A stretch of 64,000 nucleotides of DNA from an uncultured virus (IMG/VR IMGVR_UViG_3300027896_000025) (IMGVR_UViG_3300027896_000025); one strand, 5' to 3'. Positions 28,763-38,424 are shown, numbered from the stretch's first letter. Notes: generated from the letters alone by a model not told the origin. Numbers and translations are program-made.

Positions 28763-30907
28763 GATGCTTACTGAAGAATTAGTAGCATCAGCTGATTGAA
28801 CTTTAATTGTAGTGGCACTGGCCCCAGCAGTATAAATACCCTGCAAGAAAACGCTTCCACGATTGCCAGTTGCGGAGGCCCTGCTTGCACTAGGAACAAA
28901 AGCCGTTGTCCCATCAGTAAGTCTAAAAGTGGTTGATCCACCGCTACCGGCCTCGGTAGTCACACTAGCCGATATCATGTAATCACCAGTGGCTGGAAAT
29001 GTGAGAGTTATTCCTGGCAAGCTACTTCCAGCCGTGCTTACAGTTCCCATTCCGCTATTTATCTGTTCAGTTAGGACTACAGTATTTCCAGAAGATGGAT
29101 CAGCAAACGTTGAAGATGCCGTGCTCCACCCGCTTGCTACCGTATGATAACCGCTCCAATGGGATTTTGTTCCGCCAGATGGAGTTGACCATTGTGGTAA
29201 TGATGCGGGACCTTGGGAGGTTAAAACTTGACCCAATGAGCCTAAAGTTGCAACATTTTGTAACGCTGAAGTTGTTGTCGTTCCACCACAAACCACAGAA
29301 TACGCAATTTGTGAGGAGTTTCCAGTTCCACCAACCGCAACAGGCGTAACGTTTAAATCTAAATCATGAAGGGCTTGTTGAACGTTGGTATCAAGACTTG
29401 TTAGTCTTTGGGTAAACGATGCAGTATTAACCGTAACACTAGTTGCAGCAATTGATGTTCCTGTTGAGACACTAGATAGACTTTGATTTACTCTAGCAAC
29501 AGCCAAAAGTCTAATATTTCCAGGAGAACCGTACCCTCCATTTCTTCCGTATGTCATTTGATAACAAATAACACCTTCTGCTGTAAATAATCCAATATTT
29601 CCCATTTCATTTGAGAATGTAGCAGCTTGAGCTAAAGCTTGAGATGCGTAGGTGGTTTGACCCATTAACACTACAGTCTGTGGAGAACTGTACGATGTAG
29701 TAGCTAATATCCAGTAATTAACAAATGCATTAGATGTCATTGGAGTTAACTGCCAACTTCCACCTGTTAACTGATTGTAGTAACAGTTGGTACCGTTGCT
29801 ATAAATCCCACCTTCTGCATCATCGATCCAGTTCCATACAGGAGCAGCAGAAGTTCCAGTTTGCCATAAAATTCGGTAAGTATTAGCTCCACCTTGGAGT
29901 TGTGTAGTAGTATTTAGAATTAAATCTTCATCAGCAACTTGACCTGCACTAATAGCGTAACTAGTATTTGCAAGTCCGTTTGTATTGAGAGTGTATCCAG
30001 AAGGGACAACTCCAGATAGCAGCTGTGTTCCTCTCGTAAGATGTAAATTTTTATGAACAGCATTATCCATTCCTTGGACGCCAGCGTGAAGTTCATAAGA
30101 AAGAATACCAGAGGCAGCTCCACCGTTATTTGAAGTAGTATAATAAACTGTGGCAACAGGGGCAGTTTGTAATAAATCCCAAAATACTTGGCTTGATACC
30201 AATGTTCCACTAGAATTGTAGTAAAAATACCAAAGCCCATTTGTTGCAGTATGAGTAACGCTAGTAGTAGTTGCTCCTGGAATGTATCGAACTCCATTTA
30301 CTGTAAATGCAGCACTAGCTGTTGTAGTAACCGCAACGGTCCTTGTACTTGCTGTATACGTAACAGAAGTAAATTGAGTTGCATCCTCAATTCCATTAAA
30401 TACAGTTTCAATACCTAATGATTGCCTAGCTGTAGTTACTGTATTCGCATTAGTTCCACCCGAAGCGATGGGAAGAACTGATGTTACTGTTGGTACACCC
30501 AACATTGTTTGAACTTGTGCAACAGTTAAATCAGAAATATTTCCAGTGACTACTCCATTATTACCCTTAAGGGTTAATCCTGAAGCTTGTGCTAACATTG
30601 AGTTTGTTACAATATTAGTTGAAATGACGGTCGCAAAGGACCCAGTTCCTGATCCAGTAACATTTCCAGTTAAAGTAATAGTCTGATCTCCAGTATTCGT
30701 ACCAGAAATATTTGAAGCCGATACGCTACCAGAAAAGTTAGCAGAACTACCAATTACAGTTCCTGTTAATGTTGGATTAGAAGAAAGCACAACATTACCA
30801 GTTCCAGTTGTATTTAAATCAGTAGGATTAGTAAGTGATGCAGTGTTATTTCCTTTAACGGTGTATGCTGGCATCTCAGCTAAGAACTTATTTTTAACTT
30901 TGCTCAT
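28706..30907 (-). CDS. Tail/head fibre-like protein
   Basis: G/S/T-rich, KGNN modules, V..GGTG repeats; C-terminal domain paralogous to 33542-34891. Confidence 0.72.
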   Translation of the reverse strand: MSKVKNKFLAEMPAYTVKGNNTASLTNPTDLNTTGTGNVVLSSNPTLTGTVIGSSANFSGSVSASNISGTNTGDQTITLTGNVTGSGTGSFATVISTNIVTNSMLAQASGLTLKGNNGVVTGNISDLTVAQVQTMLGVPTVTSVLPIASGGTNANTVTTARQSLGIETVFNGIEDATQFTSVTYTASTRTVAVTTTASAAFTVNGVRYIPGATTTSVTHTATNGLWYFYYNSSGTLVSSQVFWDLLQTAPVATVYYTTSNNGGAASGILSYELHAGVQGMDNAVHKNLHLTRGTQLLSGVVPSGYTLNTNGLANTSYAISAGQVADEDLILNTTTQLQGGANTYRILWQTGTSAAPVWNWIDDAEGGIYSNGTNCYYNQLTGGSWQLTPMTSNAFVNYWILATTSYSSPQTVVLMGQTTYASQALAQAATFSNEMGNIGLFTAEGVICYQMTYGRNGGYGSPGNIRLLAVARVNQSLSSVSTGTSIAATSVTVNTASFTQRLTSLDTNVQQALHDLDLNVTPVAVGGTGNSSQIAYSVVCGGTTTTSALQNVATLGSLGQVLTSQGPASLPQWSTPSGGTKSHWSGYHTVASGWSTASSTFADPSSGNTVVLTEQINSGMGTVSTAGSSLPGITLTFPATGDYMISASVTTEAGSGGSTTFRLTDGTTAFVPSASRASATGNRGSVFLQGIYTAGASATTIKVQSADATNSSVSIENGSAAGSAAITWTIVQL
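29030..29091. repeat. 62-bp exact direct repeat (copy 1; copy 2 at 33872-33933)
   Basis: agccgtgctt...agtatttccag is identical in both fibre genes. Confidence 0.9.
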
Positions 30908-30909
30908 GA

Positions 30910-30978
30910 TTTTCCTTTGTCTTTCGACAGTCCATCCGGACCAGCTTCGGGAGGAATTTCACCTCCCGGTATGGAAAA
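30910..30978 (-). ncRNA. Putative structured cis-regulatory RNA (4-way junction) over the SD of the 733-aa fibre gene
   Basis: UUUUCC/GGAAAA closing stem; CGGGAGG/CCUCCCG, GUCC/GGAC and UGUC-GAAA-GACA hairpins. Confidence 0.55.
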
Positions 30979-30990
30979 CTTATTATACAA

Positions 30991-32193
30991 TTAATACGTA
31001 TATTTTACCATTAAAATATCACCAGCAACTAATGCGGCAGCACCAGCTGTTGCGAGATCGCCAGCAAATGTGATCCTGGTAACACCAGCAACTCCGCCAG
31101 CTAACGAAACTGTATAATCTACAGCTTTAAGCTGTTCTGGACCGCCAGCAACACTCAATGAAATTGAGTTTACTGAAGCAGAACTTCCTGTAGCGGTATG
31201 TGCAAGATCTTTGAACTGTGCTGTGATATCAGCAAGTATCAATGTAATCATTTCCTCAGTCGCTGTTGGAGCTGAAGGTATAGATGCCCATGTCCCATCA
31301 GCTCTAAGGAAGTTGCTCGTTCCACCACCTGAAGCAGTTACTACGCCAGGATGCGTACTATCAAAAGGCTGGAGATTTAGTATTTGACCTGTTAACGTCG
31401 CGGCGTTGGCATTTGGAGAACTACCAACAGCGGCTAATGTAACATCCCCTGAGTTCGTTCCTGATAAACTCAACATTGTTTTAACATCGGATACTGTCAA
31501 GTCAGAAGCGTTAGCAGTTAATCCGGTGTTATTACCTTTTATAGTTAAAGTTGCCATTTGTGCGGCTTTAGCATTTGTAACCGCGTTATTAGCAATCGTT
31601 GCCGCTAAAGATTGTGATCCAGAAGCAGCTGAAGTTGTGACATCACTAGTTAATTGATTAATTGCATTAACTGTAACTGCACCAACTGCGCTATTAACAG
31701 AAATAACTCCATCTGAAAGTGGAGATCTTTCCCATGCTGCTCCGTTGTAAATTGCAAAATCTCCAGCATAAAACTGAGTTCCAGTTACAGCGCCGTTACC
31801 AGCAACTGCAACTCCATCAACCGATGCGCGATACGTATCCCCTGCTAATGGAGTAGCATCAAGAACTGTTAATGGACTACCAACGCTTAACGGACTCCAC
31901 GCACCCTTGTACGTCATCAACGCACTAGGTAACTGTGCATAAGCTACTTTACCACCACCATCCAACTGGGGATATCCACCAGCCGAATTTGCAGAACCAG
32001 TAGTAACAAATACTCCAGATTTAACTTCTAGGGTATCACCAATATTAATTTGAATTGTTGTACCATCAGTTTTAACTGCTAATTTAGTACCACTGCCGCC
32101 GTCTAATGCACCAGTAACTGATACTGCCGATGATGCTAATTTATTTTCATCAATTGCTGCATCAGCAATAAATTTTCTTTTAATTTGACTCAT
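30991..32193 (-). CDS. Fibre/decoration protein
   Basis: YKGAW, VISVN..VGAV, KGNNT module, NFLRADGTWA. Confidence 0.7.
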   Translation of the reverse strand: MSQIKRKFIADAAIDENKLASSAVSVTGALDGGSGTKLAVKTDGTTIQINIGDTLEVKSGVFVTTGSANSAGGYPQLDGGGKVAYAQLPSALMTYKGAWSPLSVGSPLTVLDATPLAGDTYRASVDGVAVAGNGAVTGTQFYAGDFAIYNGAAWERSPLSDGVISVNSAVGAVTVNAINQLTSDVTTSAASGSQSLAATIANNAVTNAKAAQMATLTIKGNNTGLTANASDLTVSDVKTMLSLSGTNSGDVTLAAVGSSPNANAATLTGQILNLQPFDSTHPGVVTASGGGTSNFLRADGTWASIPSAPTATEEMITLILADITAQFKDLAHTATGSSASVNSISLSVAGGPEQLKAVDYTVSLAGGVAGVTRITFAGDLATAGAAALVAGDILMVKYTY

Positions 32194-32203
32194 AACTTAC
32201 TCC

Positions 32204-32500
32204 TTAAATATAATACACAGTGAGTTTATCACCGAAAGATAAAATTCCATCTAATCCTAGAACATTCCAGGTCAAATGATTACCACTAATCGAAAAATCG
32301 TCACCGTAAAACATATTTCCGGCATCTTTAACTAACAACATGGTATCGGCTGGTATGGTAGGGGCAGACGATAACATAACAAACTTATTTGAAATATCTG
32401 TTAAACTTAAAACAAATTGCTCGACATGGGCGATAGTTCCGCTACCACCAGAACCTACTAAATCAAGCTGTCCTGTAGTGGGATTAAATTTAAACGGCAT
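32204..32500 (-). CDS. Small virion protein
   Basis: FKFNPTTGQLDLV N-terminus; C-terminal domain resembles that of 30991-32193. Confidence 0.6.
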   Translation of the reverse strand: MPFKFNPTTGQLDLVGSGGSGTIAHVEQFVLSLTDISNKFVMLSSAPTIPADTMLLVKDAGNMFYGDDFSISGNHLTWNVLGLDGILSFGDKLTVYYI

Positions 32501-32760
32501 TAGGTCCTACTTACATTTAAAAGATTATTCTTAGTTCCATCTGTGTAATTCACAGTAACTGTAGCAACTAACGTTCCAAGCAATCCACCAACGAAATAAC
32601 TGTAGATTTCTTGGGTTGCTACTGGGTAAGTAACCGAAATTGAATCATACGATTCAGTAACTAATGTTCCAGCAACTGGAGTTACCCGCAAAGCGTCAGT
32701 ACCTGGATCAAACTCAGATTGAGAGATTTGTGTACTACTTAAATCTGTTCTTCGAGTCAT
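32500..32760 (-). CDS. Small virion/decoration protein
   Basis: LSSTQISQSEFDPGTDALRV shared motif. Confidence 0.55.
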   Translation of the reverse strand: MTRRTDLSSTQISQSEFDPGTDALRVTPVAGTLVTESYDSISVTYPVATQEIYSYFVGGLLGTLVATVTVNYTDGTKNNLLNVSRT

Positions 32761-33191
32761 TTTTTAATCCTTTGTTTAATCTTGTACACTCTTGATTTAG
32801 CTTGATTGCCAAATTCTGAAATTAACTGTTTATCTGATTCAGAACACTCTGGAGATTTACAAAGATTCTCAACTTCAAGTAGTAACTGTTGTTCCATCTG
32901 GAGACCGTAGTTAAAAAGATCGGAGTTGTCTTTTGCTGTGTTACTTGGACACATTTGAAGTTTTGGAGTTACTAAACTCATAAGAACTTGAAGATTCAAT
33001 GCATCTTGTCCGTAGTTTCCAATTAATCGTTCAGCTGCTGAGTCGTATTGATCATCTAATTCCTGATAAAAATCAGAAAATGCCCCATGATCGCTAAAAA
33101 AGGCAACTCGAGATGAATGATGATGTGCCGAATGGTAATACAACTGCATCGCTCGTAAATGTGCTGTGAGTTTTAGTAACAAGTCTTTCAT
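32757..33191 (-). CDS. Ferritin/Dps-like four-helix protein
   Basis: QLYYHSAHH...DH..F..FY..LDDQYD.AAER ferritin-like pattern. Confidence 0.7.
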   Translation of the reverse strand: MKDLLLKLTAHLRAMQLYYHSAHHHSSRVAFFSDHGAFSDFYQELDDQYDSAAERLIGNYGQDALNLQVLMSLVTPKLQMCPSNTAKDNSDLFNYGLQMEQQLLLEVENLCKSPECSESDKQLISEFGNQAKSRVYKIKQRIKK

Positions 33192-33346
33192 TTCTTACCC
33201 AATCGTTCTTTAAGTTTCTTCCAACGAGATTTATCCATTCCAGAAGTCCAGTCTTTAGCTTTTTCTGGACTGAGACCAGGAGCTTTTACTGCTCCTGATT
33301 CAACAGCTTTCATAAATCTGAATTGAGCTTTAGACTTTGCTGGCAT
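33188..33346 (-). CDS. Small basic late protein (52 aa; not in ORF track)
   Basis: MPAKSKAQFRFM...SRWKKLKERLGKK; coupled at both ends. Confidence 0.7.
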   Translation of the reverse strand: MPAKSKAQFRFMKAVESGAVKAPGLSPEKAKDWTSGMDKSRWKKLKERLGKK

Positions 33347-33531
33347 TACTTAAGTCCTTTGTTACCTTTTTTTGGAGCTGTATGAGCCAAAGATGTTCCA
33401 GCAGTTGCGTGTTTCTGATACATTTCTTTTCCAAATTTTGCACGACCGATGCTCGCCGCCAACGCATCAGGATTCTTGGCTCCAGATTTTTTGAGATGCT
33501 CGCGAAGTTTTTTAAATCCCATATAAGACAT
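33346..33531 (-). CDS. Small basic late protein
   Basis: GFKKL...GAKNPDALAASIGRAKFG pattern. Confidence 0.7.
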   Translation of the reverse strand: MSYMGFKKLREHLKKSGAKNPDALAASIGRAKFGKEMYQKHATAGTSLAHTAPKKGNKGLK

Positions 33532-33541
33532 ACATTAATCC

Positions 33542-34891
33542 TTATAGCTGAACAATGGTCCAGGTGATTGCAGCAGACCCAGCCGCAGATCCATTTTCAA
33601 TACTAGCAGAAGTTCCGGTTGCATCTGCAATCTGAACTTTAATTGTGGTGGAACCAGCACCAGCCGTGTAAATTCCACTTAAGAATGTGCTTCCTCTCTG
33701 TCCACCACCAGCAATTCCTGGTTTACTAGCACTCGGAACAAAAGCTGTTGTTCCATCTGTGAGCCTAAGGGTCACAGTTCCACCGCCTCCAGCTTCAGAC
33801 GTAACGCTAGCTTCAATTTTATATTGACCGATATCTGGAAAAGTAAGAGTGATTCCAGGTAAATCACCACTAGCCGTGCTTACAGTTCCCATTCCGCTAT
33901 TTATCTGTTCAGTTAGGACTACAGTATTTCCAGCAGACGGGTCGGCAAACGTTGAAGATGACGTGCTCCATCCACTTGATACTGTATGGTATCCGCTCCA
34001 AACCGCTTTAGCTGCTGATGGATTTATTTGAAATGTAGGAAGAGATCCAGGACCGTTAGAAGTTAAGACATACGAAGCATTTCCTAATCCAGAAATACTC
34101 TGTAATGCTCCACTAGAAGTAGTTCCTCCTGTAATTACAGCATATGGAGTGAAACTTGATACTCCAGTTCCGCCATTTCCAACCACAACAGTTCCAGTAA
34201 TATTACTAGCTGTTCCTGTAGTATTATTAGAAAGTGTAGTTAAAGAAGCATCAATGAGTTGATTACTAATGTTAGTTCCGACTATTGTAGCTGAGGCGGG
34301 AATTGACGCTCCATTAACTTTACTGACTGAAGTTGCTAGTTGTGTTCCTGTTACATCTCCTGATAAACTTCCTGTAAAATCAGTTGCAGATGTTGCAGTT
34401 AACGCGTTTCCATTTAAATCAGCTGAAATTATTCCAGCTGAAAAGTTTCCAGATGAATCACGCTTAACAATTGTAGATGGAGTACTATTTGAAGTTGAAG
34501 CGATGATATCAAGATCTGAAGAATGAAGTGAACTTGCCGATGAACCACCAACTGAAGATACTGTTGTAACTCCAGCGTCAGTAATTGTAACATCTCCACT
34601 CATTAAAACTGGAGAAGAAGTCCCAGATGAATTTCCAATAATAATTAGACCATCAGCTAACAACAAACTAGTTGATGGAATATTCAAGATTGTATTATTA
34701 TTAAAATCTACAGTTTTATTCGTTAAAGTTGCAGCATGATCTTCGGTAACGATTGGAGAAGCAGATATTCCGTTGTGAAGAGTAGTTTTATTAAGATCAC
34801 TGCGAGCTTGAAAATCTCCAAGTTGAGACGATGAACCAGTACTCTCAGGTCTCAGTCTAATTCCCATCCATATTTTCTTAAAAACGTTCAT
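33542..34891 (-). CDS. Tail/head fibre-like protein
   Basis: TLTNKT, SGDVT, IVKRD..GNFSAG, GGTG repeats; C-terminal domain paralogous to 28706-30907. Confidence 0.72.
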   Translation of the reverse strand: MNVFKKIWMGIRLRPESTGSSSQLGDFQARSDLNKTTLHNGISASPIVTEDHAATLTNKTVDFNNNTILNIPSTSLLLADGLIIIGNSSGTSSPVLMSGDVTITDAGVTTVSSVGGSSASSLHSSDLDIIASTSNSTPSTIVKRDSSGNFSAGIISADLNGNALTATSATDFTGSLSGDVTGTQLATSVSKVNGASIPASATIVGTNISNQLIDASLTTLSNNTTGTASNITGTVVVGNGGTGVSSFTPYAVITGGTTSSGALQSISGLGNASYVLTSNGPGSLPTFQINPSAAKAVWSGYHTVSSGWSTSSSTFADPSAGNTVVLTEQINSGMGTVSTASGDLPGITLTFPDIGQYKIEASVTSEAGGGGTVTLRLTDGTTAFVPSASKPGIAGGGQRGSTFLSGIYTAGAGSTTIKVQIADATGTSASIENGSAAGSAAITWTIVQL

Positions 34892-34899
34892 TGTTTCGC

Positions 34900-35394
34900 C
34901 TAACTTTGTAACAACGCTGTCGCTGAAAATTTCATAAGTCCAACGTATGAAGATCCTGCCATGTTATCTGAAGTATAACTAATCACTCCAGCATCACTAA
35001 CAGAGAATTCAACTCCACCATCACCCTCGGCTTCTCTAACAACACGCCATTTACTTCCAATAGAAGCGGTTGCATCGTACAACATAGTTAGTTGTCCTGC
35101 TTCTGCGTGAGTTGTTGAAGTTGTTGTTCTATACACAGAGTACTTCACAAATGCAGCACGAACTGTTCCAGAATCAAATGATAATCCCAGAACTGCAGTA
35201 GGAGAACTCTGGTTATTAATAATATTAGCAGCAGATTCTCCAATGTCGGAAGGTCCAACTAACGTTCCAAATGCATTACCTAAAGCTTTTAGATAATCAT
35301 TGAGTTGTTCACCCCAGGCTGGATTTGCATCAGATTTTGGAATTAAGTAAGTTGTGCCTTGTAGAACGACGGTATCAAAGTCAGTTTGGGCCAT
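34900..35394 (-). CDS. Virion structural protein
   Basis: First gene after a late motif; IP.....WG N-terminus, beta-rich. Confidence 0.6.
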   Translation of the reverse strand: MAQTDFDTVVLQGTTYLIPKSDANPAWGEQLNDYLKALGNAFGTLVGPSDIGESAANIINNQSSPTAVLGLSFDSGTVRAAFVKYSVYRTTTSTTHAEAGQLTMLYDATASIGSKWRVVREAEGDGGVEFSVSDAGVISYTSDNMAGSSYVGLMKFSATALLQS

Positions 35395-35426
35395 ATTAGT
35401 CCTTTAAAGGAAAAGAGTTCTCTTAT

Positions 35427-35436
35427 TTAAGTTGTT
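35427..35436 (-). promoter_or_regulatory. Late-promoter motif AACAACTTAA
   Basis: Intergenic and co-oriented. Confidence 0.7.
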
Positions 35437-35458
35437 GATTGAGCACTGGGAACTGAGG

Positions 35459-35614
35459 TTATTTCTCTGTACTAGGATTAAATCCACAAGAAGTACACTG
35501 AAGTTGACCATCGATGTATTTCCATTTATGGATACTGCATCGTTCGATCTTAGGTTTAGTATACGAACAGAACAACACGTACATTAATGGGATTAAAAGA
35601 AGTACCAGTATCAT
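35459..35614 (-). CDS. Small membrane protein with CxxH/CxxC motif (51 aa)
   Basis: ATGA overlap with the endolysin stop; MILVLLLIPLMYVLF...CSIHKW...CTSCG. Confidence 0.55.
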   Translation of the reverse strand: MILVLLLIPLMYVLFCSYTKPKIERCSIHKWKYIDGQLQCTSCGFNPSTEK

Positions 35615-35979
35615 GGTAAAAACCAACGATTACCTGATCCTGGAGGAAAAATCTGGAAATGGACCCAGTTCGCGTTGCCTTCTTCACACCAAAGTTCAGC
35701 AGTTACTAACCTTTCTGAGTTGTTTTCTTTAAGCCAAGCGGTTAAACTGAGATCAGGATCGTACACGTCAACCGCTGCTCCAATTAAATGTTTAGAATGA
35801 GTCGCTTTAGGATTGATTCTAGCTTGGTCAGCTTGACTTCTCAGGCCAGAAGTCACTGTCATTGGCTTTCCCCAAGCAGTTCTAATCAAATTAACTCGAA
35901 TTAGTAAAGTTTGGAGATTCTGATCAATCTCAAGAGTTGTCGGATACTGATGCGGATTAAGCTCTTGTAAGGAAATCAT
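35611..35979 (-). CDS. Peptidase M15-family endolysin
   Basis: VTSGLRS...SKHLIGAAVD...WVH Zn-peptidase signature. Confidence 0.85.
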   Translation of the reverse strand: MISLQELNPHQYPTTLEIDQNLQTLLIRVNLIRTAWGKPMTVTSGLRSQADQARINPKATHSKHLIGAAVDVYDPDLSLTAWLKENNSERLVTAELWCEEGNANWVHFQIFPPGSGNRWFLP

Positions 35980-35980
35980 G

Positions 35981-36151
35981 TCACAATTTTAGGGTAGTTT
36001 TTGTGACATTAAGTATTGCTGTTACAATAAACTTAATCTCAGGTTTAAAGAAATAACCAACCGCGATTCCACAAGGAAATGGCGCTAAACCGATTAGTTT
36101 GATTCCAACTGTTTTAAAATGATTAAGAATACTTAGTACTTTTTCTAACAT
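35981..36151 (-). CDS. Small membrane protein next to the endolysin (holin candidate, 56 aa)
   Basis: GGAG SD; hydrophobic LIGLAPFPCGIAVGYFF. Confidence 0.5.
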   Translation of the reverse strand: MLEKVLSILNHFKTVGIKLIGLAPFPCGIAVGYFFKPEIKFIVTAILNVTKTTLKL

Positions 36152-36159
36152 ACTTTCTC

Positions 36160-36525
36160 CTAATTGACTAGTTTACTAGGGGATTCCATTGAGTCAAGTT
36201 CATCAACAACTCCGATTCCAACTGCTTTATACGCATCTTCACCCCAACACACTTCACCCGAATCGTTAACATAAAATGGTTCAGCTAACTCAATTTTACA
36301 GATGTTGATTAATCGTAGTAACACTTCACATGCAGAAAAAACATCTGGACAATCAACTGCTACAGAATAACAAACTGAACCGTCTTCTTCTATGATTACA
36401 AGTGCAAAATGAGCTTCGCCTTCGTTAAATGAAATTGCTATTGCGTTGTCCAAAAACGGATCGACGTGGTACGTCTTATTCAAAGATTTAGTAATCTTCT
36501 TTAACATCAACTCTGATTCATCCAT
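36160..36525 (-). CDS. Hypothetical protein
   Basis: SD, coupled ORF. Confidence 0.6.
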   Translation of the reverse strand: MDESELMLKKITKSLNKTYHVDPFLDNAIAISFNEGEAHFALVIIEEDGSVCYSVAVDCPDVFSACEVLLRLINICKIELAEPFYVNDSGEVCWGEDAYKAVGIGVVDELDSMESPSKLVN

Positions 36526-37171
36526 TTGAACCTCGCTTTTTTAAGTACTCTTCAAGATCAACTTCACAAATCTCACCTGTTTTAAATTTATCCCCAAGCA
36601 CTGTACTTGTGTCAACTGAGAAATCAGAAGGGTATCCTTGTTCTTTCCAACCGTCGTACGTGATTAAATTTCTAAAGTGACAAACAACAAACACAGTTTT
36701 ACCTTCTGAGATTGCCTGTTGCATTATTCTCTCAAGATACGATAAGTACCGTGTTCTAAATCTTTTAAATGATTCTCCACCGCCAGGAGCTGGAGTTGTG
36801 TCTGATTCTACGAGTTTCTTCATCTCAGGAAGAACATCTTTCGTCTGCTTACCTTGAAAATCGCCTAATCCCCACGGACGGAGATCTGTGGACTTTTGAA
36901 TTGGAGAATGAAATCTTCGATCAATGATCTCAGCTGTTTCAACAGCGCGTTCCAGATCTGAGGTATAAATTACTGAAGGATGTTCTTTGGACAGTTTTTC
37001 GCCAGCTTTATCGGCGTCTAATCTGCCCTTGTTGTTCAAAGGAACGTCAATCCAGCCGCGAACGCGATCTGAGGAGTTTGTATCTCCATTTAGTAAAGTT
37101 GCGCCGTGGCGACAAAGGAAGACCTTGCCTATTTTTTGATCTGATAATTTAGATTTCAAAGATTTAAACAT
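36518..37171 (-). CDS. Histidine phosphatase (phosphoglycerate mutase family)
   Basis: LCRHG...G..D.PL...YTSDLERAVETA...GES...VVCH. Confidence 0.9.
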   Translation of the reverse strand: MFKSLKSKLSDQKIGKVFLCRHGATLLNGDTNSSDRVRGWIDVPLNNKGRLDADKAGEKLSKEHPSVIYTSDLERAVETAEIIDRRFHSPIQKSTDLRPWGLGDFQGKQTKDVLPEMKKLVESDTTPAPGGGESFKRFRTRYLSYLERIMQQAISEGKTVFVVCHFRNLITYDGWKEQGYPSDFSVDTSTVLGDKFKTGEICEVDLEEYLKKRGSNG

Positions 37172-37673
37172 CTTTCTTTTTTCTTAAATACTCCGTCATT
37201 CCATACCATTCTTCATAAGTAAACTTTGAACCTTTGGCATTATTACATCTCCAACAACAAACAACTAGATTGTCTTTTAAATATCCTAATTCATTATTTT
37301 TACGATCAAGTTTATAATTATGCCCATTTCTATCAACTTTACCTTTTCTTCTTGTATATGGATGTCTAGCTACTTCAGCATGGCAATAATGACAAGTCTT
37401 AATCTCCATGAATTTTAAAAAATCATCATAAATAAGATCTGTGGCAAATCCTCGTCTTTTAATTTGTTTCAGAAAAATATTAAACATTGCTTCAAATGGA
37501 CGTTTTCGAACTGCACATCCAGTACAATATCCTGTCGCATATTTCATATAACCACTTTGGATATGTAAAATATGTTGACAATCAGGATTTTTACATTTAA
37601 AGTAATAAATGCATACTTTGCTGTTCGATTCTCTAGAATGAATCGTTTTTATTGCGTCTTTTTTATCTAACAT
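37164..37673 (-). CDS. HNH-type homing endonuclease
   Basis: CHYC...LDRKNNELGYLKDNLVVCCWRCNNAK; same subfamily as the polB insert. Confidence 0.85.
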   Translation of the reverse strand: MLDKKDAIKTIHSRESNSKVCIYYFKCKNPDCQHILHIQSGYMKYATGYCTGCAVRKRPFEAMFNIFLKQIKRRGFATDLIYDDFLKFMEIKTCHYCHAEVARHPYTRRKGKVDRNGHNYKLDRKNNELGYLKDNLVVCCWRCNNAKGSKFTYEEWYGMTEYLRKKKDV

Positions 37674-37734
37674 TCGAGTTCCTAATGGATTTTAATAAAG
37701 AAAATAGAACTTCATAGAATTAAAGTCTCTACTA

Positions 37735-37744
37735 TTAAGTTGTT
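37735..37744 (-). promoter_or_regulatory. Late-promoter motif AACAACTTAA
   Basis: Intergenic and co-oriented. Confidence 0.7.
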
Positions 37745-37758
37745 GATTGGAAGGAGTG

Positions 37759-38424
37759 TTAAAGCTTCTCTAGCTTTTGGTACATGTCTTCTCGAACACA
37801 GACGAGATTAGCCCCAAATCGGAGGATTAATGGGTACATCGGCCAAAGCAACTGTCTGAATTTCTGTGAATCTTCTTGTCTGACTTCAACGCAAATGATC
37901 TTTGGTGACGATTTTGAGTACTCAAGATCCATTTGTTTAAGGATATCGTAATCTAATCCTTCAACATCCATACTTAGAAAATCTGGGTACTCGTTGTTAG
38001 GACATCGTTTCAAGATTTCTTTGATTGGAAAACACTGGACGTTAATAACCTTTTGAATTTTGAACTGGGGGTACTCAGTAACGAATTTCTCCGCTTCTTG
38101 TTTACTAAATGTGTTACGACCAGAATGCTCGTCAATCATGTAAAACGGTAACGATTCAGTCGATAACGCAACTCCGATGTTCAGATTCAAGTCGTCAGGT
38201 CGGTGAGTTTTGAATTCTTGGATGAGATTAGGATTTGCTTCGACGTTGACGCCACGGGAGCCACGAGAATACAGAAGCGCGGTATTGGAAATGTTGGACG
38301 GATGATGAGCGCCAAGATCGAGGTACGATGGTTTAGAAATTCCCAGTAATGTGAAGAAATTCAAGATCGCGAGATCTTCTCCGTGTTGGGAGTACGTTTT
38401 ATCTCCGAACCATTGATCTGTCAC
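37759..38424 (-). CDS. FkbM-family SAM-dependent methyltransferase
   Basis: YSQHGED, YLDLGAHHP...SNT, VEANP, DFLSMDVEG. Confidence 0.9.
   Translation of the reverse strand: MTDQWFGDKTYSQHGEDLAILNFFTLLGISKPSYLDLGAHHPSNISNTALLYSRGSRGVNVEANPNLIQEFKTHRPDDLNLNIGVALSTESLPFYMIDEHSGRNTFSKQEAEKFVTEYPQFKIQKVINVQCFPIKEILKRCPNNEYPDFLSMDVEGLDYDILKQMDLEYSKSSPKIICVEVRQEDSQKFRQLLWPMYPLILRFGANLVCVREDMYQKLEKL

Noticed and set aside
28691..33933. Diversity-generating retroelement (TR/VR pair) in the duplicated fibre tips
   Set aside because: Both copies are coding, the differences are not adenine-specific and include an indel, and there is no reverse transcriptase in the window.
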